IMG/VR virus record: IMGVR_UViG_3300016665_000159
Location: 1-33,649 of that record
Origin: a virus
Length of the DNA: 33,649 nt
Direction: 5' to 3' (one strand)
A program made the translations under genes and the position numbers. Below are positions 9,383 through 17,857 of the stretch, piece after piece; position 1 is the stretch's first letter, and each line of letters opens with the position of its first letter. A model generated the notes under the pieces. It was not told where the DNA came from. It saw only the letters and a list, made by a program, of their open reading frames with translations, and did not search any database.

Positions 9383-11616
9383 TATCCTAGATATTTTAAT
9401 AGTTCAACTTCCGTAGTTCCGTAGGCATCTGAATCGAAATCTTTAATAGTGTTCAATCTGTAAAGAACACCATCAATCATTTTTAGTTTAGCAAAGTCCA
9501 ATTCGTTAATATCTTTATATGATAACTTAAGGTATAAAGTTACTAATTTACTATCAATAGAAGTAATTTCATTTACAAATTTTCTATGATATACTTCAAA
9601 TGTGTTAGCATTCTCAGGCACAGCGTAAATGTCGTCAAATGTTTCAGCTCTAGGCGCAAAGTGTAAATCAAATAAAGGCTCGAATGAATTACTATTTTTA
9701 AAACGTAAATGGTGTATTAAAGGAAAGTCATATTTAATAGTATAAGTACCACCTGCATCCTCTACATCGTAGATATTCACAACTCCACTTCTTAACCCAT
9801 TGTAAAATGTTAGCATTCCTTTACCCTTATAAGGCTTAGTTACTGTTACATTATTAGAATCTGTTGTTTGTTCGACTACCAAAGGGTAAATTAATTGGCT
9901 ATTATTGATTTTATAAGGCACATAAGTATTAAAAGGTAGCTCAAATTTAACAACTCCATTCAACCATGTGTCTATTTCTAGTTGTTTTTCCCCATAATTT
10001 ATACCAATTAAGTCCCTATATTTCGTGTTTAGGAAGTCTTTTTCATCACTAAACTTGTATGTGTATATATTACCCTCTACTAAACTATTAGATTGAATGG
10101 TAATATCCTTGCTTTCATCTACTAAATCAGTCCAATTGTCGTATTCATCCTGTAAAACGTAGAAGTTAATAAAGCTATTTATCGTTAAAGTAGACTTATT
10201 CGTGATAGGATCATAAATCGCATCACTCATATAAGCATAAAACAAGTTGAAAATCCCTCTTAGAAATTCAGAACATTTAATGTCTGGAATTGCTAAATTT
10301 AAACTAATCGGCGATCCATCTGTAACAACAGCATTTTTATCAGCTTCTAGTAAAATGTTTATATTGTTAAAATCATAATCAACTGTTGTATCTTCTTTTG
10401 TTTTTTCGTAAAATGTGAATTGAAATTTTAATTTATCACCAGCCTTTAAATTTATATCCGCTGTAAGTATAGTGTTTACTGTAACATTTTTATTATAGTT
10501 TAACATTTTGTTAGCAACAGATATACCATTTACTAATATATCCATTCGTTTTTTGTCATTCGTACCACCATTCCCTGTATAATTAAAATACAGATCTGCT
10601 GAAAATGTAACCTTGTATTTTGCACCAGCATTTATTGTTATCTCCCCTGTATTTGTATTAATGTAATTTACATCAAATATAGCTGGGCTACTAAAAGCCA
10701 TTTCTTTAATTATGTAATGTGTTCTATTAAATTCGTATCCTGCAAATGAAGTCCCAAAAGAATTTGTTACATAATATTTAGTACCATTTATCGTTTGGCT
10801 ATTCAACCCTCCATTTAAATCAACTTTAAAACTATCGAGCTGAGTTTGGTTAAATTTTATCTGCTCTCCACCACCATAGCCATATATCAACTTCTTCATG
10901 TTTTCGTTATTGAAGAAAGTAGTAGTGTAATCAACTTCTATATTAGTGTCTTGTAAAGCGTAATCTAAGCATTTTTTAACCGCTTCTTTTACGTAGATGA
11001 ATGGGAATAGTTGGTTTATTTTAAAGTTCAAAGGTGAGTTGTTATTTGGCTTAATATAACCATAGTCTACAATCGGATAAATATATCCGTATGATTTAGG
11101 TTGATATCCTCTAGTATCAGCTCCAAAGTTTCTATTATCTACTCCGTTTAACTTTATACCTTCACTCCAAGACTTGATTACGTTATCTCTAGTTAGTAAG
11201 TGATCGTACTCCGACCAATCAAGCTCATTTAGTTTCTTATCTTTAAGTTTAGCAAAAATATCAACTGCATCACTTATAAGGTTACAATCAAATGAGTAGT
11301 TCCCTTGTAATATCTTAACCTCATTTAGTTTGAATTTACCTTTAAATATCCTCAAGTCATTCTTAAAGAATTCGCAGTCGTATCTCTTGTTTGGTGTGAA
11401 TTGAATATTAGTACTTTCATTTATGTTTACATCCAACGAATAAGCAGCAATAAAGAAAGCTAGGTTATTACTCGTACCTTCTAACGTTAGAGTCTTTGAG
11501 AATGATCTCTTTCTTTTCTCAGGCTCTTTAATATCCGTAATCGAAAGGTTTAAAGGTACTGCGATGTCTTGAGACAAGTCTAACTCATACCCATTAACTA
11601 CTAACCTAGTATTCAT
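9382..11616 (-). CDS. Large virion structural protein, tail-tip/baseplate-like (744 aa)
   Basis: Its size, beta-rich Asn/Tyr composition and position in the tail block support a structural role. The family is not recognised. Confidence 0.4.
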   Translation of the reverse strand: MNTRLVVNGYELDLSQDIAVPLNLSITDIKEPEKRKRSFSKTLTLEGTSNNLAFFIAAYSLDVNINESTNIQFTPNKRYDCEFFKNDLRIFKGKFKLNEVKILQGNYSFDCNLISDAVDIFAKLKDKKLNELDWSEYDHLLTRDNVIKSWSEGIKLNGVDNRNFGADTRGYQPKSYGYIYPIVDYGYIKPNNNSPLNFKINQLFPFIYVKEAVKKCLDYALQDTNIEVDYTTTFFNNENMKKLIYGYGGGEQIKFNQTQLDSFKVDLNGGLNSQTINGTKYYVTNSFGTSFAGYEFNRTHYIIKEMAFSSPAIFDVNYINTNTGEITINAGAKYKVTFSADLYFNYTGNGGTNDKKRMDILVNGISVANKMLNYNKNVTVNTILTADINLKAGDKLKFQFTFYEKTKEDTTVDYDFNNINILLEADKNAVVTDGSPISLNLAIPDIKCSEFLRGIFNLFYAYMSDAIYDPITNKSTLTINSFINFYVLQDEYDNWTDLVDESKDITIQSNSLVEGNIYTYKFSDEKDFLNTKYRDLIGINYGEKQLEIDTWLNGVVKFELPFNTYVPYKINNSQLIYPLVVEQTTDSNNVTVTKPYKGKGMLTFYNGLRSGVVNIYDVEDAGGTYTIKYDFPLIHHLRFKNSNSFEPLFDLHFAPRAETFDDIYAVPENANTFEVYHRKFVNEITSIDSKLVTLYLKLSYKDINELDFAKLKMIDGVLYRLNTIKDFDSDAYGTTEVELLKYLG

Positions 11617-12875
11617 AGTGTTATTGATTTTTTATCAGTGAATTCAATGTTAACTATTTCATTAAATAGCTCGTCATGTTCGATTTGTTTTAATTGGTAT
11701 GCCGAGTTAGTGATGGATACGTTTTCTACTTCTGTACCTTCATTAATATAAACTAGAGGACTTTCGTATAAGTTTACTACGTACGCTTGTTGATCCTCAG
11801 TTAACCAATCAGAAGATAGTTCTAACTGCTTTGTGATGGTCTTTAAGTAGTCAATCTTACCAAACGTGTTATTGTTTACGTTATAAGTATTATTAGCTGC
11901 GTACCATTCGCCTTGTCTTTTAGAAAATGATTTGCTTTCTATCTTCGCTGAGATACGTGAGTTGTATGTAAATCTATAATTATCGTATGATCCGTATTTG
12001 TTTAACCATAGCAAATTAGCACCTTTGTCAAAACAAGCATCTGAGAAATAAATAGTGTATAATCCCATTCTCCCAACGTTAGATAAGTCTTGTACTGCTA
12101 TGATTACACCTGTACAATTGTCATAAGTAGCTTGTGTTATATGACCTAAATCTAACTGTTCTTGTAAATTGAAACGTATAGCAGAAATACTTCCTTGATT
12201 ACCGCTATCAAAAAGATTTGTTTGTGTTATATTACCACTTGGTATTTGATAAATGAATTTCACATAATAACTAGTTGGTGTGTCAGTATCAGAGTTATCA
12301 AAATAAGATAGTATAGTTGTATACCCTTTCTTTTCTGTTGCTGTGTAAGAAGTAACACCATAAGCACTTGTATAACTCTTGTCTGTTAAGAATTGTCTTG
12401 ACAACCCACCTTTCTTATAATTGGAATAGTCCCATGTAGCAAATTCATTTCTACTTAAAGATCCCTTAAACGGAATAGTTACACTACTAGTAGTTATCGC
12501 TGCTTGTATTTCAGGATCTACCTCAGTAAATATCGAATACTTTTCTCGGATCTCTATATAAGTTTCTACGTAATTCTGAGTGTCGTATAAGAATGGTAAA
12601 GATGCCGAAGATCCTATTGTACTAACTGAATGATTAGGTATATAAGCTCTCACTTTGTCACTCAAATCTATCTTTCCAAAGTGATCAGTTGCGCCAGTCA
12701 ACTCAGGGAATATCTCAAACGTGCCTATTTCAGCCCCATTAACAAACGTTTTAACAACGAATGAAACATTGTATTTCGTGTTACCACTTATACTTAGTGG
12801 TTGCTTAAAAGCGTACACAATAGGATTATCGCTAGGTGTATACTTGTCAGGTGTTTGGGTAATCGTTACTGCCAT
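11613..12875 (-). CDS. Virion structural protein (420 aa)
   Basis: ORF track entry, translationally coupled (4-nt overlap) to the 744-aa ORF. The family is not recognised. Confidence 0.4.
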   Translation of the reverse strand: MAVTITQTPDKYTPSDNPIVYAFKQPLSISGNTKYNVSFVVKTFVNGAEIGTFEIFPELTGATDHFGKIDLSDKVRAYIPNHSVSTIGSSASLPFLYDTQNYVETYIEIREKYSIFTEVDPEIQAAITTSSVTIPFKGSLSRNEFATWDYSNYKKGGLSRQFLTDKSYTSAYGVTSYTATEKKGYTTILSYFDNSDTDTPTSYYVKFIYQIPSGNITQTNLFDSGNQGSISAIRFNLQEQLDLGHITQATYDNCTGVIIAVQDLSNVGRMGLYTIYFSDACFDKGANLLWLNKYGSYDNYRFTYNSRISAKIESKSFSKRQGEWYAANNTYNVNNNTFGKIDYLKTITKQLELSSDWLTEDQQAYVVNLYESPLVYINEGTEVENVSITNSAYQLKQIEHDELFNEIVNIEFTDKKSITL

Positions 12876-13426
12876 TATTTAGGTTTTTTAATTATCGTTC
12901 TTATTGCTTGACCAGCTAGGTCTGAAACTCTTTTGCTCATTTCATCTACTCTTTGTCTTGTTAGTACCTTATCAAAGAAGTGAGTCGCTTCAATACCATT
13001 CATACGTACACTATTCTTAATCATTCCAGCATATTGCTCTATAGTGTAGCCTTCAGGTGGTTGTATACCTTTATCGTATAACCATTTCTTAATAGCCTGA
13101 TAAAATGAAAGGTTTCCTTTTGGAGCTGGTCCATGTGTTGGTGCGCCCCTATTAACTATAGTACCATTTACACCATAGTTTATATACTTCCAATGGTTAG
13201 CTCCAGCTGTTTCGATTAAATCAGGTTTGATTGTTGCAGGTCTTAATGATTGAGCTAAATCTCCAGTTGCGTATGATTTGTCATTAATTAATTGTTTACG
13301 CCAATCCTCTATAAGTTCGTTTGTGATTCTTAATAAGAGCTCAGTCATAGGATTTTCGGAAGTATTTTTTAAAATATCTTCAGACCTACCAAAATCTAAA
13401 CTATTAATTATATCAGCGTCGTTCAC
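12875..13426 (-). CDS. HK97 gp10-like tail-completion/neck protein (183 aa, GTG start)
   Basis: The segment SYATGDLAQSLRP...KYINYGVNGT resembles the TGxLxxS ... EfG signature of the gp10 family. The match is weak. The start codon is GTG at 13426. Confidence 0.35.
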   Translation of the reverse strand: MNDADIINSLDFGRSEDILKNTSENPMTELLLRITNELIEDWRKQLINDKSYATGDLAQSLRPATIKPDLIETAGANHWKYINYGVNGTIVNRGAPTHGPAPKGNLSFYQAIKKWLYDKGIQPPEGYTIEQYAGMIKNSVRMNGIEATHFFDKVLTRQRVDEMSKRVSDLAGQAIRTIIKKPK

Positions 13427-13552
13427 GTTGTATGGTTTTTATTTCCTGTTCCTTTGTAAAGTTAATAAATTTTAACCTATGATTGAACGTAAATATATTC
13501 CATTTTACAATCTGCTCCCACGTTTGATTATATTCTTTACTTAAGTAGTGGA

Positions 13553-14158
13553 TTAGTTTCTCCCAAACAAACCTATCATTGTTTTTAGTAGACTCTTTCT
13601 TATCTTCTTGCTTTCCGTATAGTTGCTCATTAATTCGATTGATTGTCGCAAAAAAAAACTGACTAAGTTTAAATAGTCAGGTAGTGGCAAATGTTCTTCA
13701 AAGAGTTTCGCTCGTTCTTGGTTTGAATACTTCATGTTTAAATTTTCATCAAGTTCACCATAAACAGTTCCTTTTTCAATGTACATTAATGAGGCTAACC
13801 TACCAGGATCATTCTGTAAGTCTGAATTACTTATATCAATGTGCCACCCTATTCCAACTTTACTTGGATCTACAAGTACATACGTTTGATTTAAGATGGT
13901 TATTTCTTTGCGTGGTTCCGTTAATTGGAAGTCTTTAAACAACCCTATACAATGCTCGTGTACTTTTCTTAACTCTGATATGTTAACCTTGTTTAAATCG
14001 TTTCTTTTTGCCTCTGTGATTAAACATATAAACTCGATAATTGTACCTAAGTCCATTGCCTTTTGATACTTTTCATTTGTCAAAGCTTTAAGATGTTTAA
14101 TCCTTAAATCATTTAATGTTTTCGGTGCCTTAATATTAATATACTTCAAAATAGCCAT
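13553..14158 (-). CDS. Hypothetical protein (201 aa from the ATG at 14158; the track start at 14188 would overlap TerL by 53 nt)
   Basis: ORF track entry. The internal ATG (MAILKYINIK) gives a shorter overlap with the terminase gene. Confidence 0.45.
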   Translation of the reverse strand: MAILKYINIKAPKTLNDLRIKHLKALTNEKYQKAMDLGTIIEFICLITEAKRNDLNKVNISELRKVHEHCIGLFKDFQLTEPRKEITILNQTYVLVDPSKVGIGWHIDISNSDLQNDPGRLASLMYIEKGTVYGELDENLNMKYSNQERAKLFEEHLPLPDYLNLVSFFLRQSIELMSNYTESKKIRKSLLKTMIGLFGRN

Positions 14159-15335
14159 ATTGATTTTTTTTAATCGATTGTACTGCAAGTGCCAAAGACA
14201 TCACACCATCATCGTGTACACCTTGTGGCGCTCCGTATTGTACTCTCCTAGTTTTCTCATTGTAAATATAAGTAAATGCGTTTAATTCATCTACTAGCCA
14301 ATTCTCGTTTAATATTCCTATATCTTTATTTTCAAAGTGAACCGCTAAATCTTCAATCATGATAGGTTTAGTTGCTGTTGTTGTTACATAAGGTTGTACG
14401 TTGTTGTAAACTTTATTCTGTAGCATTTCAAAGAATACATCTCCTTGATTATTCACCTCAACAAATATTTCAGCATTATACTCTCTTATCTTATTTGCAA
14501 CCTCATCTATTATCTTTGACCATTCTTGTTGACGCCACCTTTGAACATATACCATTTGATAGTTTTTGTTTAAAATAGTCAATACAGTGTAGTCATCTGC
14601 TCTACCTATATCTAACCCTCCAAAAAGTTTTTGCGTTCGTTCTGCTTTATCTATTACACATAAATCAACGTTCTTAAATAGTCCACTTGCATTGTCTATG
14701 AACTTTGCTAAATATTCCTGTTCGAATATGTGTTTAGGTAGTGATCGTTTACGTTCTTCTAAGTCCTCAGCGTCAATCATGGGATTGTCATAACTAGAAT
14801 AATGGAAATACTTGTAACGATTATCGTAGTTAGGTTGTAAGGATAATTGGTAAAAGTGGTTCTTACCTTTTGGTGTACTAATAAATATTACTTTCTTACC
14901 TTTTACTAATACGGTTGCACTTAACACCTCACTCCATAACTCAGGACGTGTGAATGCCATCTCATCCACTATAAGATAGTCGAACGTGTTACCTCGAATG
15001 TTATCAGGTCGTTCACCAGAAAAGAATTGTATTTGAGAATTAAAACCACTTATTGTTAAGTCTGATCTATTGTACTCGAATAAGCCACTTGACTTAGTGA
15101 CCTTTTCCATTTCATCAAATACTTTCTTTGATTGTTTATAGATAGGTGTAACCCATGCAATATTACAGCCCTTGTGATTGATAGCCCAATATAACATTTG
15201 GTTTATTCCTAGCATGGTTTTACCAAATTGGCGACCAATGTTTAGAATGTAGTATTTATAACTCTCATTGATTATAGAGTTATGAATTTCTTTTTGTTTT
15301 TCGTGTGGTTTATATCCTTTAATCGTTGCCATCAA
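14136..15335 (-). CDS. terL: Terminase large subunit (399 aa)
   Basis: It has a Walker A motif (GRQFGKT), a Walker B motif (YLIVDEMAF) and a C-terminal RNase H-like nuclease segment (GGLDIGRADDYTVLTIL...HDD). Confidence 0.85.
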   Translation of the reverse strand: MMATIKGYKPHEKQKEIHNSIINESYKYYILNIGRQFGKTMLGINQMLYWAINHKGCNIAWVTPIYKQSKKVFDEMEKVTKSSGLFEYNRSDLTISGFNSQIQFFSGERPDNIRGNTFDYLIVDEMAFTRPELWSEVLSATVLVKGKKVIFISTPKGKNHFYQLSLQPNYDNRYKYFHYSSYDNPMIDAEDLEERKRSLPKHIFEQEYLAKFIDNASGLFKNVDLCVIDKAERTQKLFGGLDIGRADDYTVLTILNKNYQMVYVQRWRQQEWSKIIDEVANKIREYNAEIFVEVNNQGDVFFEMLQNKVYNNVQPYVTTTATKPIMIEDLAVHFENKDIGILNENWLVDELNAFTYIYNEKTRRVQYGAPQGVHDDGVMSLALAVQSIKKNQYGYFEVY

Positions 15336-15732
15336 AATCGAACTTTTGAACGATCGTTTGCTGCGTTTCTACTTTCTCAGATAGCCCTAATTTTTTAGCT
15401 ATAATATTAGCATTAAACAAACCAACGGAAGCCCCTCTAAAGTTGTGTACAAAGCAATTTTTTCTTATACGTGTAATGATAGTGGAATATTCAGAGTATT
15501 TTTCATTTTTATTACTCGCATAATCTCCTAAATCTCCTATTATTCCTTTATCCATCAAGTAACATTCAAAGCCTTCAAACGTTATCGGAGTCTCTAAAGG
15601 TGTTAATTCAGTCCTTCCATCCTTACCTACGTATTCTGTTTTATACATAGGGTTTTGTTTTTCGTGTAAAACATAACTTTCAAACAACTCCCATAGTTTT
15701 TCGGGTGTTTCTATATACTTATGTTTTCCCAT
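15319..15732 (-). CDS. Terminase small subunit candidate (137 aa)
   Basis: It lies immediately upstream of TerL and overlaps it. The N-terminal GKHKYIETPEKLWELFESYV and the PITFEGFECYL segment resemble small terminase / DNA-packaging proteins of Bacteroidetes phages. Confidence 0.5.
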   Translation of the reverse strand: MGKHKYIETPEKLWELFESYVLHEKQNPMYKTEYVGKDGRTELTPLETPITFEGFECYLMDKGIIGDLGDYASNKNEKYSEYSTIITRIRKNCFVHNFRGASVGLFNANIIAKKLGLSEKVETQQTIVQKFDFDGND

Positions 15733-15736
15733 TGTC

Positions 15737-16006
15737 TTATGCTTTTTTCTTTCTTACTTTTTTAACTACTTCTTGAGTTTCGTATGCTAGTCTAGTTGCA
15801 TCTTCAAAAAGATTCATCCAATTATTTAAAATCTTCAATCCTGTTTCAAGACAACCTGCACAACCTTTTGTTAAAGGCTTCTTTGTTATCTCTGCATATA
15901 CTTCATTTAACAATAGAAATTGTTCATCTGTATACTTGATTTGTGGTCTTTTGATTAGTTCTTTAACTTTTAAAAAACTCTCATATGCTTCTTTACTTAT
16001 TATCAT
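15737..16006 (-). CDS. Hypothetical protein (89 aa)
   Basis: ORF track entry, tightly packed against its neighbours. Confidence 0.45.
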   Translation of the reverse strand: MIISKEAYESFLKVKELIKRPQIKYTDEQFLLLNEVYAEITKKPLTKGCAGCLETGLKILNNWMNLFEDATRLAYETQEVVKKVRKKKA

Positions 16007-16223
16007 AAAATTTAATTATTAAAAAGACTGCTAGCGGAGCTAAATAGTCCTGAGTGAATAAACTTATTATTAATGCTGTCCAAAATGAGAAACATGGAAA
16101 ACAATCTAATACTTTAATTGGTTTTGAAATCCTAGTCCCTGTCCATTTTCTTACATAATAACCAAAGTTAAGCTCTTGGTGAACTATGAAGGCAACGAAA
16201 AGGCTAATTATAATGTTTGTCAT
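15993..16223 (-). CDS. Small membrane protein (76 aa)
   Basis: It has two or three hydrophobic segments (IIISLFVAFIV; CFPCFSFWTALIISLF; LAPLAVFLII). It is the first gene after the hairpin at 16239-16274. Confidence 0.5.
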   Translation of the reverse strand: MTNIIISLFVAFIVHQELNFGYYVRKWTGTRISKPIKVLDCFPCFSFWTALIISLFTQDYLAPLAVFLIIKFYDNK

Positions 16224-16238
16224 ATAGTTTAAATTAGA

Positions 16239-16292
16239 AAGGGAGCAACATCACGTTTGACCGACTACTCCCTTGTGCGCTTTACAAATATA
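16239..16292 (-). promoter_or_regulatory. TATATTTG box followed by a leader hairpin at the early/late boundary
   Basis: On the minus strand, TATATTTG (16292-16285) is followed by AAGGGAG, a 22-nt loop, CTCCCTT (16274-16239) and TCTAATTT. The next ATG is at 16223. Confidence 0.35.
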
Positions 16293-16302
16293 GTAATATA
16301 TT

Positions 16303-16674
16303 TTAAAATGGCAAATCAGCTTCTTGAGTCATTGTATTAATCATGTCCTCTTTAAAGTTTTCAACTATTCCTGTTGCTTTGGTAGGTTTAATAGTTTCAT
16401 CTTGGTATTTTATTTTCCATACTTCCAATGTATTAAAATATTTTGTTTCACCTTGTGGATTAACCCATCCTCTACCTCTTAGATTATACGCTAGTACTAC
16501 TTTATCACCAGCTTTAAAAATATCTATTAATTCACAATTATCTTGTGAAAGTTGAAATAGTACGTCTTGTGGGTATTTATCATCTGTGGTTAACACAAAT
16601 TCTCTTTTTCTATATTTTTCGCTTATTACTTGTGTTGCTTTGATTTCTTTAATCGTTCCTTTTACTTCACTCAT
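16303..16674 (-). CDS. DUF3127-type OB-fold single-stranded DNA-binding protein (123 aa)
   Basis: The pattern VKGTIKEI...YRKREFVLTTDDKYPQDVLFQLSQDNCELIDIFKAGDKVVLAYNLRGRGW...KYFNTLEVWKI fits the Bacteroidetes DUF3127 family. The C-terminus, QEADLPF, resembles the SSB tip DDDIPF. Confidence 0.6.
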   Translation of the reverse strand: MSEVKGTIKEIKATQVISEKYRKREFVLTTDDKYPQDVLFQLSQDNCELIDIFKAGDKVVLAYNLRGRGWVNPQGETKYFNTLEVWKIKYQDETIKPTKATGIVENFKEDMINTMTQEADLPF

Positions 16675-16680
16675 TTGTTT

Positions 16681-16827
16681 TTAGTTTAAATTGATTCTAC
16701 TTATATATAGCTCCTCTTGAGCTTCTCTTATTATTTCTAGTGCTTCCAATATTTCAATATCTTCTGCTACTAATTCAGAATTCAGGTCTCCAAACTCATC
16801 TTCCTCTATAGTTAATACTATTTTCAT
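16681..16827 (-). CDS. Unlisted small, highly acidic protein (48 aa): MKIVLTIEEDEFGDLNSELVAEDIEILEALEIIREAQEELYISRINLN
   Basis: Hand-translated, with 49 triplets and no internal stop. It fills the gap upstream of the SSB gene (6 nt between its stop and the next ATG). It has 14 acidic against 3 basic residues. Confidence 0.4.
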   Translation of the reverse strand: MKIVLTIEEDEFGDLNSELVAEDIEILEALEIIREAQEELYISRINLN

Positions 16828-16908
16828 TCTATAAATTTAATTAAACTACTCCTAACAGTTGATAAAAGCCATTTAAAAACGGCTCTTATCTTTGTGTTAG
16901 TGGCAACC

Positions 16909-17475
16909 CTATGACAGCAACTCCGAAAGTTCATCCCACATTGGTTGAAATCCGACACAAGACAATTCTGCCATAAAATGCTTATGTTCTTTTCGGTATG
17001 CTTCAATCATTCTGCTACCTTGTTGTTTAGAATATTTGGCGTTTGCAAGCCTATCACATAATTTTACATATCCTGCAAATGGTGTGTTTCTAATTCCATC
17101 GTAGTAAAAACTGTTTGCTCTTTCTTTTCTACTTCTTCCTTTTTCATTTGTAAGAGCATAGGTAATCTCCGCAACTTGAACGCCTAATTCAGTTTTTACA
17201 TCATTGTAAGTTTGCCTACAATCCTCAATTGTATCGTGTGTCCAAGCAGATGCAATTACAGCTTCTAAAACATTATCGCCAATCAAATAGGCATACTTAC
17301 AAGCATAATCCACAACCATTTTCAGGTGTGTTTCGTAAGGCTTTCCATCGTATTTATGATTAGTTTCTGTGTGGCATTTTATGGCATAATTTTTAGCCTT
17401 TGTAACCAATTCCGAAGAAAGGGTAGCCACTAACATCGGTTTGGCAAAATTGCCGTTTTGTGCTTCGTTTGACAT
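16909..17475 (-). CDS. RelA/SpoT-homologue HD-domain small alarmone hydrolase (SAH), 188 aa
   Basis: The pattern KCHTETNHKYDGKPYETHLKMVVDYA...ASAWTHDTIEDCRQTYNDVKTELGVQVAEITYALTNE...VKLCDRLANAKY matches the (p)ppGpp-hydrolase HD domain layout (H..Q..Y.G.PY..H...V ... HD..ED ... G..V..lv..lT ... KlaDRl.N). Confidence 0.7.
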   Translation of the reverse strand: MSNEAQNGNFAKPMLVATLSSELVTKAKNYAIKCHTETNHKYDGKPYETHLKMVVDYACKYAYLIGDNVLEAVIASAWTHDTIEDCRQTYNDVKTELGVQVAEITYALTNEKGRSRKERANSFYYDGIRNTPFAGYVKLCDRLANAKYSKQQGSRMIEAYRKEHKHFMAELSCVGFQPMWDELSELLS

Positions 17476-17556
17476 TTTATCTAATTTTTAAAGTTTGTAA
17501 TCCTAATAAAGTTTTGTGTTCGGCAACTTCGCCAAGCCGAAAAACGTTAGTATCAA

Positions 17557-17736
17557 TTAAGACCCACAATTTTCGCAAATATAATCATCTTGCTCATCTA
17601 CTTGCTCAATTGTTATTCCTTCTTCTAAGGCTAGTTGTTGTTTTAGCTTATAGATTTCATTGTGTAACTCACAATCGTTCATTAAATCGCCTGTTAACTT
17701 GCTTTGTAAGGCTTTAATTTGTTCAGTTGTTGTCAT
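17557..17736 (-). CDS. Unlisted small protein (59 aa): MTTTEQIKALQSKLTGDLMNDCELHNEIYKLKQQLALEEGITIEQVDEQDDYICENCGS
   Basis: Hand-checked triplets show no internal stop. It is one residue below the 60-aa cutoff the track appears to use and fills the MazG-SAH gap. Confidence 0.45.
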   Translation of the reverse strand: MTTTEQIKALQSKLTGDLMNDCELHNEIYKLKQQLALEEGITIEQVDEQDDYICENCGS

Positions 17737-17857
17737 CGTTATTATTATTTATTTGTTTTTTAATATCATTTCTAAAGTGGCACTTGTTAGCTCTTAGCTT
17801 TGCCCTTTTTAATCTTAGCTCTCGTTTGGAGAATTTTGGTTTAATACGATTTCCCAT
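17723..17857 (-). CDS. Possible small basic protein (44 aa): MGNRIKPKFSKRELRLKRAKLRANKCHFRNDIKKQINNNNDDNN
   Basis: An open frame bridging the MazG 3-prime end (17-nt overlap) and the 59-aa ORF (14-nt overlap). It is speculative. Confidence 0.25.
   Translation of the reverse strand: MGNRIKPKFSKRELRLKRAKLRANKCHFRNDIKKQINNNNDDNN

Noticed and set aside
13427-13552. The 126-nt non-coding gap between the 201-aa ORF and the gp10-like ORF, considered as a promoter or pac/cos region.
   Set aside because: It contains only a TATATTTA-like string with a badly spaced TTG. I could see no dyad, hairpin or repeat. No call can be supported without end-mapping data.
16864-16887. A weak hairpin (AAGAGCC-N10-GGCTTTT) after the SAH stop, considered as a terminator.
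   Set aside because: The stem has only 7 pairs including a G-U pair, and the T residues are part of the stem rather than a trailing tract. It is not distinguishable from chance in AT-rich DNA.
16824-17006. A 60-aa minus-strand ORF overlapping the 3-prime end of the HD hydrolase gene.
   Set aside because: It overlaps the well-supported SAH ORF by 98 nt in another frame and runs through a hairpin in the gap. Its Cys/Arg-rich sequence has no recognisable features. The 48-aa acidic ORF explains the rest of the gap better.
17519-17541. A GC-rich hairpin (TTCGGC-N11-GCCGAA) between the 59-aa ORF and the SAH gene, considered as a terminator.
   Set aside because: No T-tract follows it on the coding strand (CACAAAAC follows instead). 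It may be an RNA stability or processing element, but I cannot support a terminator call.
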